Positions 23,901 to 37,394 of a stretch of DNA of 64,000 bases are shown here, piece by piece. The position numbers and the translations under genes were made by a program. The stretch's first letter is position 1, and each line of letters opens with the position of its first letter. A model generated the notes under the pieces. The model had not been told where the DNA came from, did not search any database, and worked only from the letters and a program-made list of their open reading frames with translations. The stretch comes from Octopus sinensis (Eukaryota), in contig NW_021832533.1 in the NCBI RefSeq assembly GCF_006345805.1, positions 186,001 through 250,000 on the forward strand, written 5' to 3'.

Positions 23901-25742
23901 GGTGTGCTTTCAGAGTGAAGTTCCAATGACTTGTTCAATATGTCGGTGATTATATTCGAAACAATAATTAAAGCATGTTTTAGTAAAATCCATCATAGCA
24001 AGCTGACCGATTGCTTTTGAAGTGTATGAATGCATTTGTAACTTACATTACTGTAACTTATTAAAAGTAGACTACGCAAAAACCGGACGGAAATTGCTGG
24101 AAAATGTTTAAATGAAGGCCAGAAACAAGGCAGCTAACTAGGAAGAATGGATAAGGAAATGTTACAATTCCATTTATTAATAACCAGAATGACGTGTTGA
24201 TTAATTAGTTCAAATTAGTAACGCAGTTCTCCCTGCAAATCAAATTTCTTGTATGGCCACCACGACATTGATTGCATTCTATTTATACACAAATATTAAT
24301 ACTATAAGCCTCTTGAAATCTAATCTCACAATCTCCCTCAAAAACATCTAGATGACCATCAAATAATCTTATTTGAACAAGCCCACCATAGGAACCAAAC
24401 CTACAATCTAAAATAAAGAAGCAAACATTATAGGTTGAGACCAATTTCCCAAAAAGCAAATTTTTCCGGGTTCATTTATTCTATAAAGAAATTTGAATGA
24501 TCATACTCATAATTTAATCTGTTTGTTCGGATTGCCAAAAAGACGGAATTACTTGGTATTGCGCTTTAATGGATATAATATTAATGTTACAGAAATGCTA
24601 AACTTGAAAGTCCTTCAAATGCGTCACGGTCAACATATTCAAGGTTTAGACAGTTTTTTAGATCTCTAAATATGAATAATTTCAAATTAAACATTGTCCT
24701 CAACAAAGTCAATCCAGCAAAGGTATTGGCATATATTTGTGTCATTGAAGTACCTAGACACCCACTAAATAATATTAGTTAAGTCATTTTTTAATTACAA
24801 AAAATCTAAATTTTTTAACTCTGAAAAAATGGGTGTTCCATTGAATTGTACATTACTTGCGATTGTAATTCTTGTTATATCATCATTCGGTGTAGAAATA
24901 AATTTACATTTTTTCAAAATACTAATAATGGTTAATCATTAATAAACTCATTTTGTCCTGGCAAAGTACAGATTGGTAAATCTGAGATAGATCTCGGTAG
25001 GATTAAATTAGCAAGTAGATAGGTCAGGAATAGCATTTATGAATAATTATCAAATATTTTATTCATTTCAAACATACTTTTATATCAAATTTTACTTAGC
25101 AAAAATAAAAAAGAACTTTTAAATCATACCTGTTTATCCTTAGATGTATTTAATATCCACATGTGTTAGCACATCTCCAAAGCAGCTCCAGTCCTATTCG
25201 TACTTAGAACTGGTTCTTGGTAACATATTCCTTTTTTTTGTTTGAGATTAAAAAAGTAAATCGAAATAAAACGAAAGCTGATCATAACTGCCATTTGGTT
25301 AAGTTCTCGATGTCTCGACTTGAGTAGATCGTTCTTGATGTCAAAGACAACCGCGAAAATGTGGACGAATCATTCCAACAGGTCTCCGCAAACGTGGAGA
25401 GATCAGTAATATATGACAAACATATTTATGTGCCTTTAAAGACTGGCACTGAATTTTAGAAATTAAAATTCTTTTCCCATGCCCAACTTGGTTACCCATA
25501 AAAACAATAAATTCTCGAAATATAAATGCCATAGACGGGCTTGCATAAACTAAAAGATCAAAAGTCCTAACACAAGACCGTATCACCCCAACTCCTATCT
25601 TCATATTCCTTATATCTTCTCCAAAAATTGAGGTACCTCGAATGAAACCAACTCAGTCTGGATTGTACAGGGCTAGTAAGTCAATATGCACACAGTTGGT
25701 TATATAAGTGAGTGTAAAACACAATTGATTGTGAATTAATAA

Positions 25743-28260
25743 TCAAATGGACGACCCACTCATGGAATCAAATTGGTGTGCACTCAACCTCAAATACTTG
25801 TTCTCGTAGTACTGGGAATACAACCAAGTCATCACCCTCTTTGCACGCAGGACATTGGCAAACTGGACTGATATTTTGTCAAAGTCCTTCATGACACTTT
25901 TCAACTTGGCGTTCATTTGGGTAATACTCCCCTCCATCTCCCCATTCCTGCACTCCAATTGTCTGTTCCGCCCACTCACATGTGCCAGACGACTCTCATA
26001 CTCACTCCCCATCCTCTCCATCCTCTACAATACAACAACTCCACCACCCTCCCACTCTCCTCTCGACACCACTCCAACTCACTCCTCAACTCACCGTTCT
26101 TCTCACTCAACACTCGGATTGTCCCCTCTCGGGAGGTCAGTCTGCACGACAGTCCCTCCATCTGCTGGGCCATCCGCACACTCCCTTGTCTATGCACTCG
26201 AATGCACTCCTCTATGTCCCTCAGGTGATCCTTCATGCTCTCTCTTATCCCCCCCACACTCAACTGATCCACCACCCTCCACAACTTGTACAACTCACTC
26301 CTCCTCCCCTCTCTGGTCTCCCTCAGTTGTCTCTCCAATGTGTCCACTCTCAGTCTATACCCCTCACATGACTCCTCCAAGTGGGCAATCTCCTCCTCCT
26401 GTGCTGCACTCACACTCTACAGTCAGAGTGGGGACTACTATGCTATTCTCATATTGCACGTGCAGATTGAGCATGTCCTGTCGACATGTCCACAACTGGG
26501 CATCACTACTACACACTCTCCTCTCATATTCCTCCAACATGTCCTCTGCTTGCACACGTGACTTGCTCCACTCCTCCTCCTGCTTGCACAGTTCTTCCTT
26601 TGCCTCCCTCAGACTGACTTGCAGACTGTTCTTCTCACTCCTCACCTCCGCCAACTCACTGCGAAGACTGACTACTTCATTCTCCAGTCTCCTTGTCCTC
26701 TCACCACTCTACTCTCATCACACTGTCCTCCACTTGCTGTCTTTCCTCCTCCAACTGACTGGCCTGTTCTTCACACTGACTGACCAGTTCTCCATTCCTC
26801 GCCTCCTCCCTCTCCAGACTGTCCTCCATCTCCCTCAGTCTGTCCTCATACCCCACCATCTACCACTCTCTCTCACCCTCACACCTTCTCACTCCTTCTA
26901 TCCCCCTCTTGTTGGTAATACTCCACTTCGTCCTCCAACTGACGCAGTCGGTGACTCAGTTGGCTGACTGTCTCCTCCAGGTGGACTGTCTTTTCCACTT
27001 TCTTCATATTTTGGAGATTAATCCTCTCCAGACTGGCTATGGTGGCCTCACTCCTCTACTCCTCTCACTCACCCACCTCACTTTCTGTTCTTCCATCAAG
27101 CCATGTCCATTACACGTCCTCAGTCTGCTCAATTCGTTCTTTAATTCACTAATTTCCCCCTTTTTATTCGCAATTATTTTAATTTGTTTATCACATTTGA
27201 GTGTGGCCTGACTCACTCTCTCCTCACACTTGGCCAGTTTGGTCTCATAGCTCTTCCTCAGACCACTCATTGCCCCACGCAGACGCCCACACTCACTCTT
27301 GTGCCCCTGCAGTGACTCATTCTCCTACTGTCCTCACTGTGGGACATACCTGGGTCACCTCCTCCACCTTCTCCACCAATTCCTTCAGTTTAGAGCTGTA
27401 GCCTTCCACTAATTTGTCACTGTCCTGTCGAAGGCGTCTCTCCTTGCACAATTCCTGGCTCTTTTCCCTCAACTGTGCTCGGAGTGAGTCCATTGCTGTG
27501 TAATTGGCAGTCATCTCCTCCCGCAGTCGACTGCACTCCTCTTGTCTCCCCACCAACTGTTCTAACTCCTCCTTCTGACTCCTCACAGGTCACACACATT
27601 CCCTACTCGTTTTCCCGCCTCAGTCTGCCCACGTCCCTCTCCCCTTCCTCACACTCCGCCTTCAGTGTGGTTAACCTGTTTTGTGTCTGCCTCAGTTCTT
27701 GTCTTAATTTTCCCTCCATTTCTTCAGACTAGGGACACTGTGGGCACGTGGGCTACTTTTTTGAGTTTTTTGAGGTAATTGGTGTCGACTAGTTGTAATA
27801 TCTCCCCAACACTGCTTATTATGTTGTTCTGGACTTGGCGACTCCTTTTTTGGCATGTCTTTGCTTGGTCCAGCTTATTTCTCAGTTTGTGGCATATTCC
27901 CTTGTATTTGTGGGCATCCCTCGACTGGGGACTGCTGGAATATTCTAGAATACATTTTCTGTGGTCATTTTTGTGTTTTCATCACAAAGGTCGTTTATTC
28001 TGTCCACCAGGTCGATTGAGTTAATCGAACCTACAACAATGAGAATATAATAATAATTTATTAATGTATTAAATCAATATTATTTATATATATTATATTT
28101 ATAACAAACATTCACAGTCGGAGAGTCCTCTCTGTTTGCTAAAAGTTATTTTCCAAGACTACCTGTCTGAGGAATAGTTCGAAGACATGTCGTTGAGGGT
28201 TTTTAAGTCAGTCTCCTGGCTATTATTCATATTAGTGCAGACAAATGTCGTCAGGACAAC
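25743..28260 (-). CDS. Long coiled-coil protein (E/R/L/K-rich), multi-exon; identity unknown, 5' end approximate
   Basis: Consecutive E/K/R/L-rich ORFs joined in frame by 25-nt GT-AG introns (e.g. gtagggaatgtgtgtgacctgtgag, gtatgtcccacagtgaggacagtag). Confidence 0.72.
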
Positions 28261-28396
28261 AAAACATGTTTAATTTTTGACATTTTATTTAAAATACGAC
28301 CCTTCTGGTTGACCTCACATTACCCCAATTAATTAACACCTATATAATTTAAATATAATTAATCTTTAAAATATGAATTATTTATAAAAGTCCTCA

Positions 28397-29058
28397 TTAT
28401 AATTTTCCTGTCCCAATCCTAGTGTTAGAAGGTCTCCCCCGGTAGCGAGGAGTCCCATCACACAGGAGACTGTGTTCCTTCCACTTATCCTTCCGATAGA
28501 ACCTTTTGGAACACTTCCCACACACGTGTTTATAGTGTTTGCTGTGACTCTGAGAATGTCGGTAGAACGCCCCTTCGGTCACCACCCTTCCACATTCGGG
28601 ACATTTCATCAGCTTCTTTCCATTCACAAACACGGTCTCCCCCCACAGTCGAGTTTTCTTCGTATCACAAGATTTCGTGTCTTCTTCCTCGGTTTTCGTT
28701 TTTTGAGTCATTTTGACGAATGCTCTGTAGTTGGGTGTGGTCCTGTACTCCCCCAGTCTTTGTACCATCCAATTGGTTTGCTGCCACATGTAGTGATTGA
28801 GCAGTTGTAAGTAATATGTTTGTGTCAGTGCCATTTGGAATGCCTGGTAATCTGCCACTGACAACATATATATACCAAACAAGGCACCCCACATCCCCCG
28901 ATTGTGCACACCTTGTCCTCCCATTGGAAGATCAGTTTTATCACAGCCATTCCCAGCAGTGTGAGCTAATAATGTGATTTATTCCGTTTACACTGCCTGT
29001 CCAGGTCCCAGTTGACACGACCAGCCTGCCTATCACCCCCAGAGTAGCCAAAGTTCAT
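28397..29058 (-). CDS. C2H2 zinc-finger protein (two fingers)
   Basis: CPECG...FYRHSQSH and CGKCSKRFYRKDKWKEHSLLC; upstream ATG at 29058 joins in frame through a 26-nt intron (gtaaacggaataaatcacattattag). Confidence 0.8.
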
Positions 29059-29199
29059 ATTTTCTCTCGTAAGTGTTAAATCGGGAATGTTGAGTTAAAG
29101 CAATTAATTAAGCGCAAAAAAAATAAATCAATGTGAGAATATCATTGCTGTATTGATCATCATTTTTTGCTAATTACTTGCCCAAAATACCCTCACGGA

Positions 29200-29720
29200 G
29201 TATGCTGTGGGTCATATTGGAATATAGGAGTGTCCCCACTGTTCTGCAGTGGTCGATTTTTGAGGAATTTAGTGATCAATATGACCCAAGGAGGATGCAC
29301 TGTACATTTGAATATGACACTAATTCACACGACTGGCACGAATTGGCGACGGTTAGTGAATGTGTTGAGAGGAGAATGTCAAATCTATTCAAAAAACGTA
29401 ATCAAGTGGAGTGCTCAATCACATCTACGAGTAGAACAGAATGAGATGACACTCCATGAGATAACCATTTATTTACGATTCATTAATTTCTCACACATTT
29501 TGAACATCCAATTATCTCTAAAATACCACATTTTTACAAACCCTCAATTTTTGACTTGTTTGTTGGGATTCCCTTCAGATGGACACATTCGGACATGTTA
29601 GTGGATAATGTCAGGCAGACACGCACTTGTCATCTGTTGCCTGGAATACAACAATGACGAGTTAATTGGAATATTATTGAATTTAATGTTCATAACACCA
29701 TTCGGGCACATCTCAAAGGT
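29200..29720 (+). CDS. Possible small hypothetical gene
   Basis: GC level like neighbouring exons and overlapping open frames; no motif recognised and no confident splice model. Confidence 0.25.
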
Positions 29721-31311
29721 GGTCGATCGGGTCTTTCTAAATGTACCCGATCATTGCTTTTTGGTGAAATTTTAGCAAGTTTTCAAGCTAAACAGTATTC
29801 GAGGAAAAGAACGTGATTAGGGACTAATTGGAGACACAGCTGACAGTAAGTGGACTAATTGGTGTATTGAGAAAAGAAGGAAAACTCAGTTAGGTGACCA
29901 CAAGTAAGAAGGATGAGAGTACTCACATTGGCGATGAAAAGACGAAGGAAAATATTTAGAATTCTATTTACAGTAAACCTTGACTTGAAGCCTAATTTTT
30001 AAAATGCCTCAAAAACCGAGAGGCAACAAAATTTTTTTGATTTTCTCTAAATTTCTGTTTTTATTTAACCTTAAATGGTATATTTAAAATGGAAAAATTC
30101 TGATATCTGCCAAAAGATGAACATGCTGATAAGCTGAAAATTGTTACTAAAAAGAATGTTATCAATCTTTACAAATAATCAAAGATAATTGGGCTATTAG
30201 CTGAAATAAAATAAGTAAGGCTGTCAAGGAAGAAAAACTACATAATCTAGATAATTGGGCGATTTAAAAATAAATCCAGCTTTGAAATCTTTGAATATAT
30301 AGGATATATTATAGTACAGGCAAACATCTAAATCTCGCCAAGATTTGGTGGGTCGCATAAAATGGGGGGATTTAGAATTTGGTGAGGAATAGAGGTTTTG
30401 TAGAATATTCCTATTTCGTCCGCATTATAGATATTTTCAGGTCCATATTCTTGCAATTTTGTGAAAATTACTGAAATAAAAGAATTGATTGAAATAATAA
30501 AAGTTATTAGCTTAATATTATTCAGCTTCTTGAATTCAAAAAGCCAGACAGTCCTAGCCTTGAAATCAGTAATTCCTTGTAGAACGGCAACTTTTTTTTG
30601 CTTTCAAAAGAATAGAATTATCGTCCAAGAATCCGCCAAGAAGTTTCACTTTGTATCCACTTCATAACTTTTGTACCAATAGTTGAATATGTTAGATTAA
30701 ATAAGCGTTTGATAAGAGGATCACATTCAAGTATTTTTTGTTTCTCAAGCCTGCGATGATTGATTGATCTTCGCGAAATTGTTTTCTTAAGATTGAAGAA
30801 AAAACAGAGGTTGTATGTTGCATTGTCATATGTTTGTTATCATCAATTCATTAAACGACAGTACACTTGCGCATGTTGGATAAAGCGTAGTTAAGATTAT
30901 TTTATATTAAAAGTTAGATTAACCAAAAATTTTTTAATAATGAAAAATAGTGGCGAGATTTATAACTTGGCGAGCAATAGAGGTTTCTTTAGAAATTTTC
31001 ATTTTTGAAAAAAATAATTAAGTGTTGGCAATAATTAAGTGTTAGAAGAAAATTGAGGAAATTAGAGAATTAGTTGAAAATAAATAATCCCATAAACAAG
31101 TCCTGAAAGAAAGAATAACTGAAGTAATATATAACAGATATCTAGCCAAGAGTAGCGAATCTTATAATGGAATTAAAACAGAGGACAAACAACAATATCG
31201 GAAATGTATGATGGATTTGCAAAAATTGAATGTTTAAATCAGTGTCAATTAATTCATAAAAGGAAGTGAAGGAGGATTAAGATTAGGGAATCCTTAAAAG
31301 TGAGAATTAAG

Positions 31312-31993
31312 TTAAATAAGCCGACAAAGGGCAGTCTTTTTGGGCTGAGGAGTGAAGACCTGTTTCATAGCCTCATCAAAGACCTCCTTGACCCGAATCA
31401 ATTGCATGGCCGAACACTCGATGTACTTGGCGGCCTCTGTAAGTGAGGACATGGAAGGAACTGAGTCTCTTGGCCTCCTCGACTGCCATTTGGTAGGAGA
31501 TGGGGACCTGTCCGTTGGCCGCCAACTTTTTACTGGCCTCGTCGTCATCTCGGAGGTCACTCTTAGTGCCGACGAGAATGAAGGGAGTGGTAGGACAGTG
31601 TGCCTGTATTTCGGGGACCCACTGAGAGTAAGGTTGGACACCCACCTTGGAGGCCACGTTTTTGAATGACTGAGGGGACATGACAGAGAAACAGACGATG
31701 AAGACGTCCTGAGGGTAAGAGAGGGAGGGGACTGTTTGAGGGTAGGAGAGAGGTCTGAGACGGTCGTAGTCCTCCTGTCCTGCCGTGTCCCACAGTCCCA
31801 ACTGGACGTGTGTGCTTGTATTGCTCGTCTGGGCCATCACTCGCATTGTGTAGTTGTCGAACACTGTGGGCACGTACTGCTCGGGAAACGTGTTGGTCGT
31901 GTAACTCACCAGCAGACATGTCTTGCCCACTGCACTGCCAATCACTACACTCCCTCACCCATCTCCTACTATCACACATTTTACGTGCTGCAT
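31312..31993 (-). CDS. Rac1: Rac-subfamily Rho GTPase, 4 introns (24, 24, 24, 25 nt)
   Basis: [12 protein letters not shown]|[37 protein letters not shown]|DVF (Trp at Rac position 56), TKSD, YIECSA, C-terminal CRLI CAAX. Introns 31935-31958, 31709-31732, 31622-31645, 31437-31461. Confidence 0.93.
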
Positions 31994-32165
31994 TTCCGGA
32001 TTAATCTTATTAATTTATTTATTCTCCATATTCCTATTCTTTTATTTTATTAATAACCCACTTATTTTATTTATCAATCAAAACTCGAAATATCTAAATG
32101 ACTATTTAAATATTAGATAACAAATGGTACCACATCACTCAACTAGAATGGACATTTTATTACAA

Positions 32166-32954
32166 TTATTTAAAAGCATGATCCAACAACTTGGGTGGAG
32201 GACTGAACAGTCCATCAATGAAGCAGTCGGGCAACTTGTCCTCCAACAACAACCCAATCAAGTCCGCATTCTCCACTCCAGTCATATTGAATGCTCTCAA
32301 TCTTTTCAAATTCCTCAACCGTGCTAAAAACAACAAAACTGAAAGCAATGAAGCGTGGCAAGGCCTCTCTCACTGACCGAAGAACACCCACTCAAGTCCA
32401 AGTAGCGAAGGGAGTCACTAAAAGTCCTCAACCTGGCCACCACAAAGTCATCCACGTTGACACATTCACTTAAATCAATATAATTTAAATTTTCACATTT
32501 ATCTATAAATATATATAATAAATATATATATAATATATATATAACCAATATAATCCAGAATATCATAGAAAAATAAAGTGCCCGAGGCGTTGATAGCCTC
32601 CAGTCGAAGACCAGGGACAAAGCAGGTGGGGAGGGAATGGAGGGAGGTGACCCACCTGGGAGGTCCTTTTATGGGCAAACCGGTCTTGGTCGTGGAACTT
32701 GACTGCCCCTTTGTAGGAGAGGATTATGTTGGCTGAGGCTATTTCATCCCCCCACACCAGTTTTTTGTCGCATTTCTTTCTAGTTTTGTCGGGTGGCTGC
32801 CTCACTTGAATCGTTGTTGGTATTTGTCCATTAAGTTGAGGGACAGCATCTCCATTAGTGTTTCTGTGTTTGATATATTCCATAAATATTTCAAATATTG
32901 CTGGAAGCTGCGTTCTGGTTTGTAAAACAGTTTATTTGCAAGGTTTTTCAACAT
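32166..32954 (-). CDS. DMAC2: DMAC2/ATP5SL-like mitochondrial complex I assembly factor (LRR), 4 short introns
   Basis: Spliced product ...ASANIILSYKGAVKF..., LEAINASG, YIDLSECVNVDDFVVARL...SLRYLDLSGCSSVSERGLATLHCFQ|NLKRL...LLEDKLPDC matches DMAC2 C-terminal motifs (from memory); introns 26, 25, ~41, 26 nt. Confidence 0.8.
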
Positions 32955-33080
32955 GAGTATAATCCCCACAAGAACCTTTTTGAAATTTATTTAATTTAAA
33001 TTTTAAAAATACTTGCGTGACGTGGGTATTTTGTGACCAATAATAAAATGAAATAAAATAATGTTAGAAATATTAAAAAG

Positions 33081-33902
33081 TCAATTATTCCTAAAATAGT
33101 CAATTCCTGCCTGATTGATGAGTGCAATGTGCTAGAAAGTGAGCCAAACAAACAAACAGGGACATCCCTGAACTCCTGGTTGTAGTCAAACCCCATCCCC
33201 ACGATGAATCTGTCAGGAATACTGAACCCCACGACTATATATAGTCCAATAGTAGTACAGTCTGCAGGCATCGTCGGCTTGGCCAGTCGTTTAGAAATAA
33301 AAAAGGCGGTTTTGACAGAGAGGGGATCATACTCGGCCAGAACCTCCTTTAGCTTGGTTATAGTCCTCCCAGTATCCACAATGTCTTCAAGAATAAGAAC
33401 ATTCTAATTAATAATAATTTATATTTAATTAATTATTATTAAAATAATAATTTACCTTCTGGCGAACACAGGATAACACCTGGGGGGAGAATACACTCAC
33501 ACTTCCGGTCGACTGGTCGTTCTGGTGGTAACATTAGTGATTAAACCAGATAACTGGCAGTCCTGATGAATTCCAAATGGAACCTCACATAGGATTCCTT
33601 CGAAGAGGAGAGATTGAGACGTTCCATAGCCTCAGTGACCTTCACAGTGAACTTGAATGCCCCTTTGAGAACACAGAGGAGAATGAGGGACTGTCCTTTA
33701 TATATATTCCATATTTCATTGCTCATTTCATTAATCCTACTGCATTAGTAGTGCTGTGTGCCTGTCCACTGCCTCCTCCTGTGGAATTAAAATGTCGTCT
33801 ATGAAGGGGCGGTAAAATTCGGGCAATTCGAATTGGTCCGCGTTATTTCGCTCGTGGTCGTCAGGTATCTGTTTGTCACGTGCTAACACTAACCGTTATC
33901 AT
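33081..33902 (-). CDS. HPRT1: Hypoxanthine-guanine phosphoribosyltransferase
   Basis: LCVLKGAFKF, FIRTASYL|NDQSTG, NVLILEDIVDTGRT, VGFSIPDRFIVGMGFDYNQEFRD; six introns (25, 25 GC-AG, 25, ~49, 24, 26 nt). Confidence 0.95.
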
Positions 33903-34031
33903 TCCACGTCACCAATTATATTTATTAGCATTTTTAAATTTTAAAAAATAATAAATTAATTTAGAACAAGTTTTGACGTGGTGCTTTCCCGCGTCCAAAA
34001 ATGTCACTAAAAATGCCTGGAGTTATATATA

Positions 34032-34740
34032 CAGTGAACAACAATAAAAACTAATAAATCGTCATTTTTATTATCAATTTTATTAAATTAAAAACTTAAG
34101 CATGATAATATCATCTATATTTTTTAAGTTTATAATATTTATCCATAAATCTTTTTAAAATATTGAGAATAAAGCAAAAACCGATTTTTTAAGACAAAAA
34201 ATTCCGGACAAATGTCAAAAAATAAAATATCAGTAAGGAATATGCTTTCCTCTCGATTTATATAACTCTAAACTACGAGTTTTCATCGAATTTATTAATT
34301 TTCGAATAAAATCAGTTGGAATTTTATTCCAAATTTCTAATATTTTATCCTTTTGTTGATGTTTATTTTTTTGTCGATTTTTTGTATCATCCCTCGATAA
34401 TTCATATTTAATTTTCGACCAAATATGTTCAATGGGATTCATATCGAGGAATTGTGCCGGCCAATCAAGTAAATTAATTTTGTTTGCAGAAAAATACTCC
34501 TTTGTTGCTTTCGAAGTATGACATGGGGCATTGTCTTGCTGGAATATGAAGCTGTTTAATCCCATTTTTATGGCTGATTTTTCCAGATTGTTAGCAAGAA
34601 TGTTTATATATTGTCCTGAGTTTATTTTTTCATCGATGAAACATTACGAACCCATTCCAAAATATGAATATCATCCCCAGACCATAATTTTGCCGCCACC
34701 GCTAGTCATTGAATTCGTTCAAATTCAATCATAGCTAATC
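34032..34740 (-). mobile_element. Tc1-like element, 3' half (DD34E region) with one TIR
   Basis: FQQDNAPCH...WPAQFLDMNPIEHIW; TA|CAGTG terminus at 34030-34036. Confidence 0.85.
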
Positions 34741-35029
34741 ATTGAACATCTGAAGAAAAGGCAGAATAATTGGCATGTATAAATCTGGAAAAACATACTG
34801 AGAAATACAAGAATCAGCAAAAGATTCCTCAGAACGATATCGCAAATTATCAGAAGCTATTTAAATAAGTGCTCAACAAACAAACAAGTCGGGTCTGGTT
34901 GACCATCGTTGCTCAATCGTCAATAAATATTTTAAAGAGGTTTGAAATGAGGATGTCAATTTAAACTGTTTTAAATTTGCCAAAACATTTACAAAAAAGA
35001 ATGGAAATCAGCTCAAAGAATAAGAAAAA

Positions 35030-36597
35030 TTATTTTCCATCAATTAGTTTGAGAACTCTGCCAAAGGCAATAGTCCTGCCCTCATCCCTGAGAATAATCC
35101 TCCCCAGAATGGGCAGGTCGGCAGCCACGGCCACACAGATGGGCTCCTCCACAGCCAAGACCACCTCACATCGACTGTCCGTCCTCAGGAAACGAGGATT
35201 CCTCACCTTCTCCTCCCCCATCTCCTGAGTACTCACCAGCCGTCGGAATGTCACCTGGTGAGTCACGTGGTGGATGTGCATCATGGCGGGAAAACCAGCA
35301 CAAATTATATTCGACAGGTCCATTGTCACTATCTACACACTCTAATTGACACTACACCTCCACTTTGAAGTTCTTGGCCATTTTGACTGGATGTTCGGGG
35401 GGACACATCACAGAGCCCACTGAGATCTCCTAAATCACGTTTTTTAGTCACAACAAACATCTTCTGAGGCTCCCAGGATTCTCAGACGGATATTATAGCC
35501 TGGACTCGACTGCTCGACCTCAATCTCGTCCACCATCACTTGGGAGACCGTGACAGTCACCTTATTAAATTAAATATTAATTTTAATTAATTTTAATTAT
35601 TATTATCAATATATTAATAATATACTTTGGCGGGAAGAATCATTAGTTTTTGTCCTGTGGTGACAGTCCCACACTCCAGTTTGCCAAAAACCATTGTCCC
35701 GATTATTATTGCCTTGTCGGCCACCAAAAACCTGACTGGGTGGTCAGGCCTTCGATCAATTGGCTCCAGACTGTCCAACAGACCCAGAAAAGTCCACTTT
35801 CTTTGCATTACTCGAGCAATCAGACCTAAACCAGGGACACACAGCCACAGGAGGCATTTCCTTAAGGAAAGACCCGTCAAACCCCGAGCAAGGCATAATA
35901 AAGCACTCAGACTTGGAGAATCCCAACTGTTTCAAAAAGGGCGCCAATTTCGCGCCACAGAATTTAAACCTTTGGCGGGAAAAGTGTGAAATTACCTTTG
36001 TTCAGCCCAGGTGACAGAGGGGTCATCCATTTTATTAATAAGGACAATAAGATATTTAATGCCAGAAGCGCGGGCAATGATGGCATGTTCCCGCGTCTGC
36101 CCGCCCTTGTCAAAGCCTGCCTCGAACTCCCCCGCCCTGGCCGAGATGACGAGTACTGCCACGTCTGCCTGGACCACCCCGTTGATCATGTTGGGGACAT
36201 ATGCCTTGTGGCCTGGAGCGTCCAATATAGTCACGTGCTTCTTGGGGGTTTTGAAGTAGGCACACCCCACTTCCACTGTCTTGCCTTTTTCCCGCTCTTC
36301 CGGGTTGGTGTCGAGAGCATAGGAGAGGTACCTCACACATTACAGTTGGGAGTACCACGACTCACGGTTTAGTTCCCGCGCTTCTGCCTCGTACTTCTCC
36401 AATGTTCTCTTGCTTATCATTCCTGTTAGGAGCATTAGGTTCCCGCCAATTGTCGATTTTCCCGCGTCCACGTGGCCAATGAAGATTATATTTATGTTAT
36501 CTTTTTTGCCCAAATCGGCTGTCTCTTCATTTGGTGGTGCTGGTTGATTATATATTAATATTTTACTGTCCTCGTGCTCCAGATCATACCCCACCAT
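35030..36597 (-). CDS. GSPT1: Eukaryotic peptide chain release factor 3 (eRF3/GSPT), short N-terminus, about 7 introns
   Basis: FIGHVDAGKST, RESW|YLSYALDTNPEEREKGKTVEVG, LDAPGH, GQTREH, LINKMDDP, C-terminal GRIILRDEGRTIAFG; introns of 24-29 nt plus one ~66 nt. Confidence 0.95.
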
Positions 36598-36629
36598 GTT
36601 GTATATTTATTTTATATTAATTTAATTTG

Positions 36630-37112
36630 TTAAGTTTATTAAATATTATTTATAATATGTTAGTGGTGGTCTCGTGTCGTTGGTCACATCGCCTCACTAT
36701 AGTGTATTCTGTTTTCTCAGTGTTAATTTTTAGGAGTGATTTTTCAAAAGTGTTGGCCAATTTGTCCATAGTACCTTCTAGTTGGCGGAACGACACAAGG
36801 AAAAATGGAGGCATACAAAGAAACTTGCTCAAAAGATTAAACAACATATGGTTGAGAGGCAAACAAATTTCTGCGTCTCTAAAAATCAAACTTTACAATA
36901 TGTTCGTAAAACCAGTCCTACTATACAACTCCTCCTCTTGGGCACTCAGGAAATGGAAAATCTCAATTCCTTCCACAGAATGCAGCTGAAATACATCCTA
37001 GGAATATTTTGGCCAAAACGGATTTCAAACAAACATCTCTACTCCAGGTACAATGTACACCCGTTGGACAAAGAAATAAGAAGCAATAGATGGGGTTTAT
37101 TCGGTCACATCC
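36630..37112 (+). mobile_element. RTE-like LINE 3' fragment
   Basis: KINTEKTEY, KIKLYNMFVKPVLLYNSSSW, FHRMQLKYILGIFWPKRISN, WGLFGHIL; frameshifted. Confidence 0.8.
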
Positions 37113-37394
37113 TGGCAGAGATAGCGACAGATAATCGACTTTATTGCACACTTCATGTTGTACTACGTCAGTTTAATTGACTATTTATTTTCTCCAAACA
37201 CAAGTCATTGTGTGGGGGCATGTTGGCCTCCTGGATGATAATTAAGTACCCTGCTTACATCACCAGGTGGATATCCTCTCTCAGTTAATCACCCATTTGG
37301 CTGGGTGACCATTTCTAGTCACTCAGTAGTTTAGTTAAAGGCATAGATCACACTCTTGTTAGTTTAGAGCTTAATTTAGTCAGCAATGCCAATT

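Noticed and set aside
25855-26967. 370-aa plus-strand ORF
   Set aside because: S/P/L/H-rich antisense shadow of the purine-rich coiled-coil gene on the minus strand.
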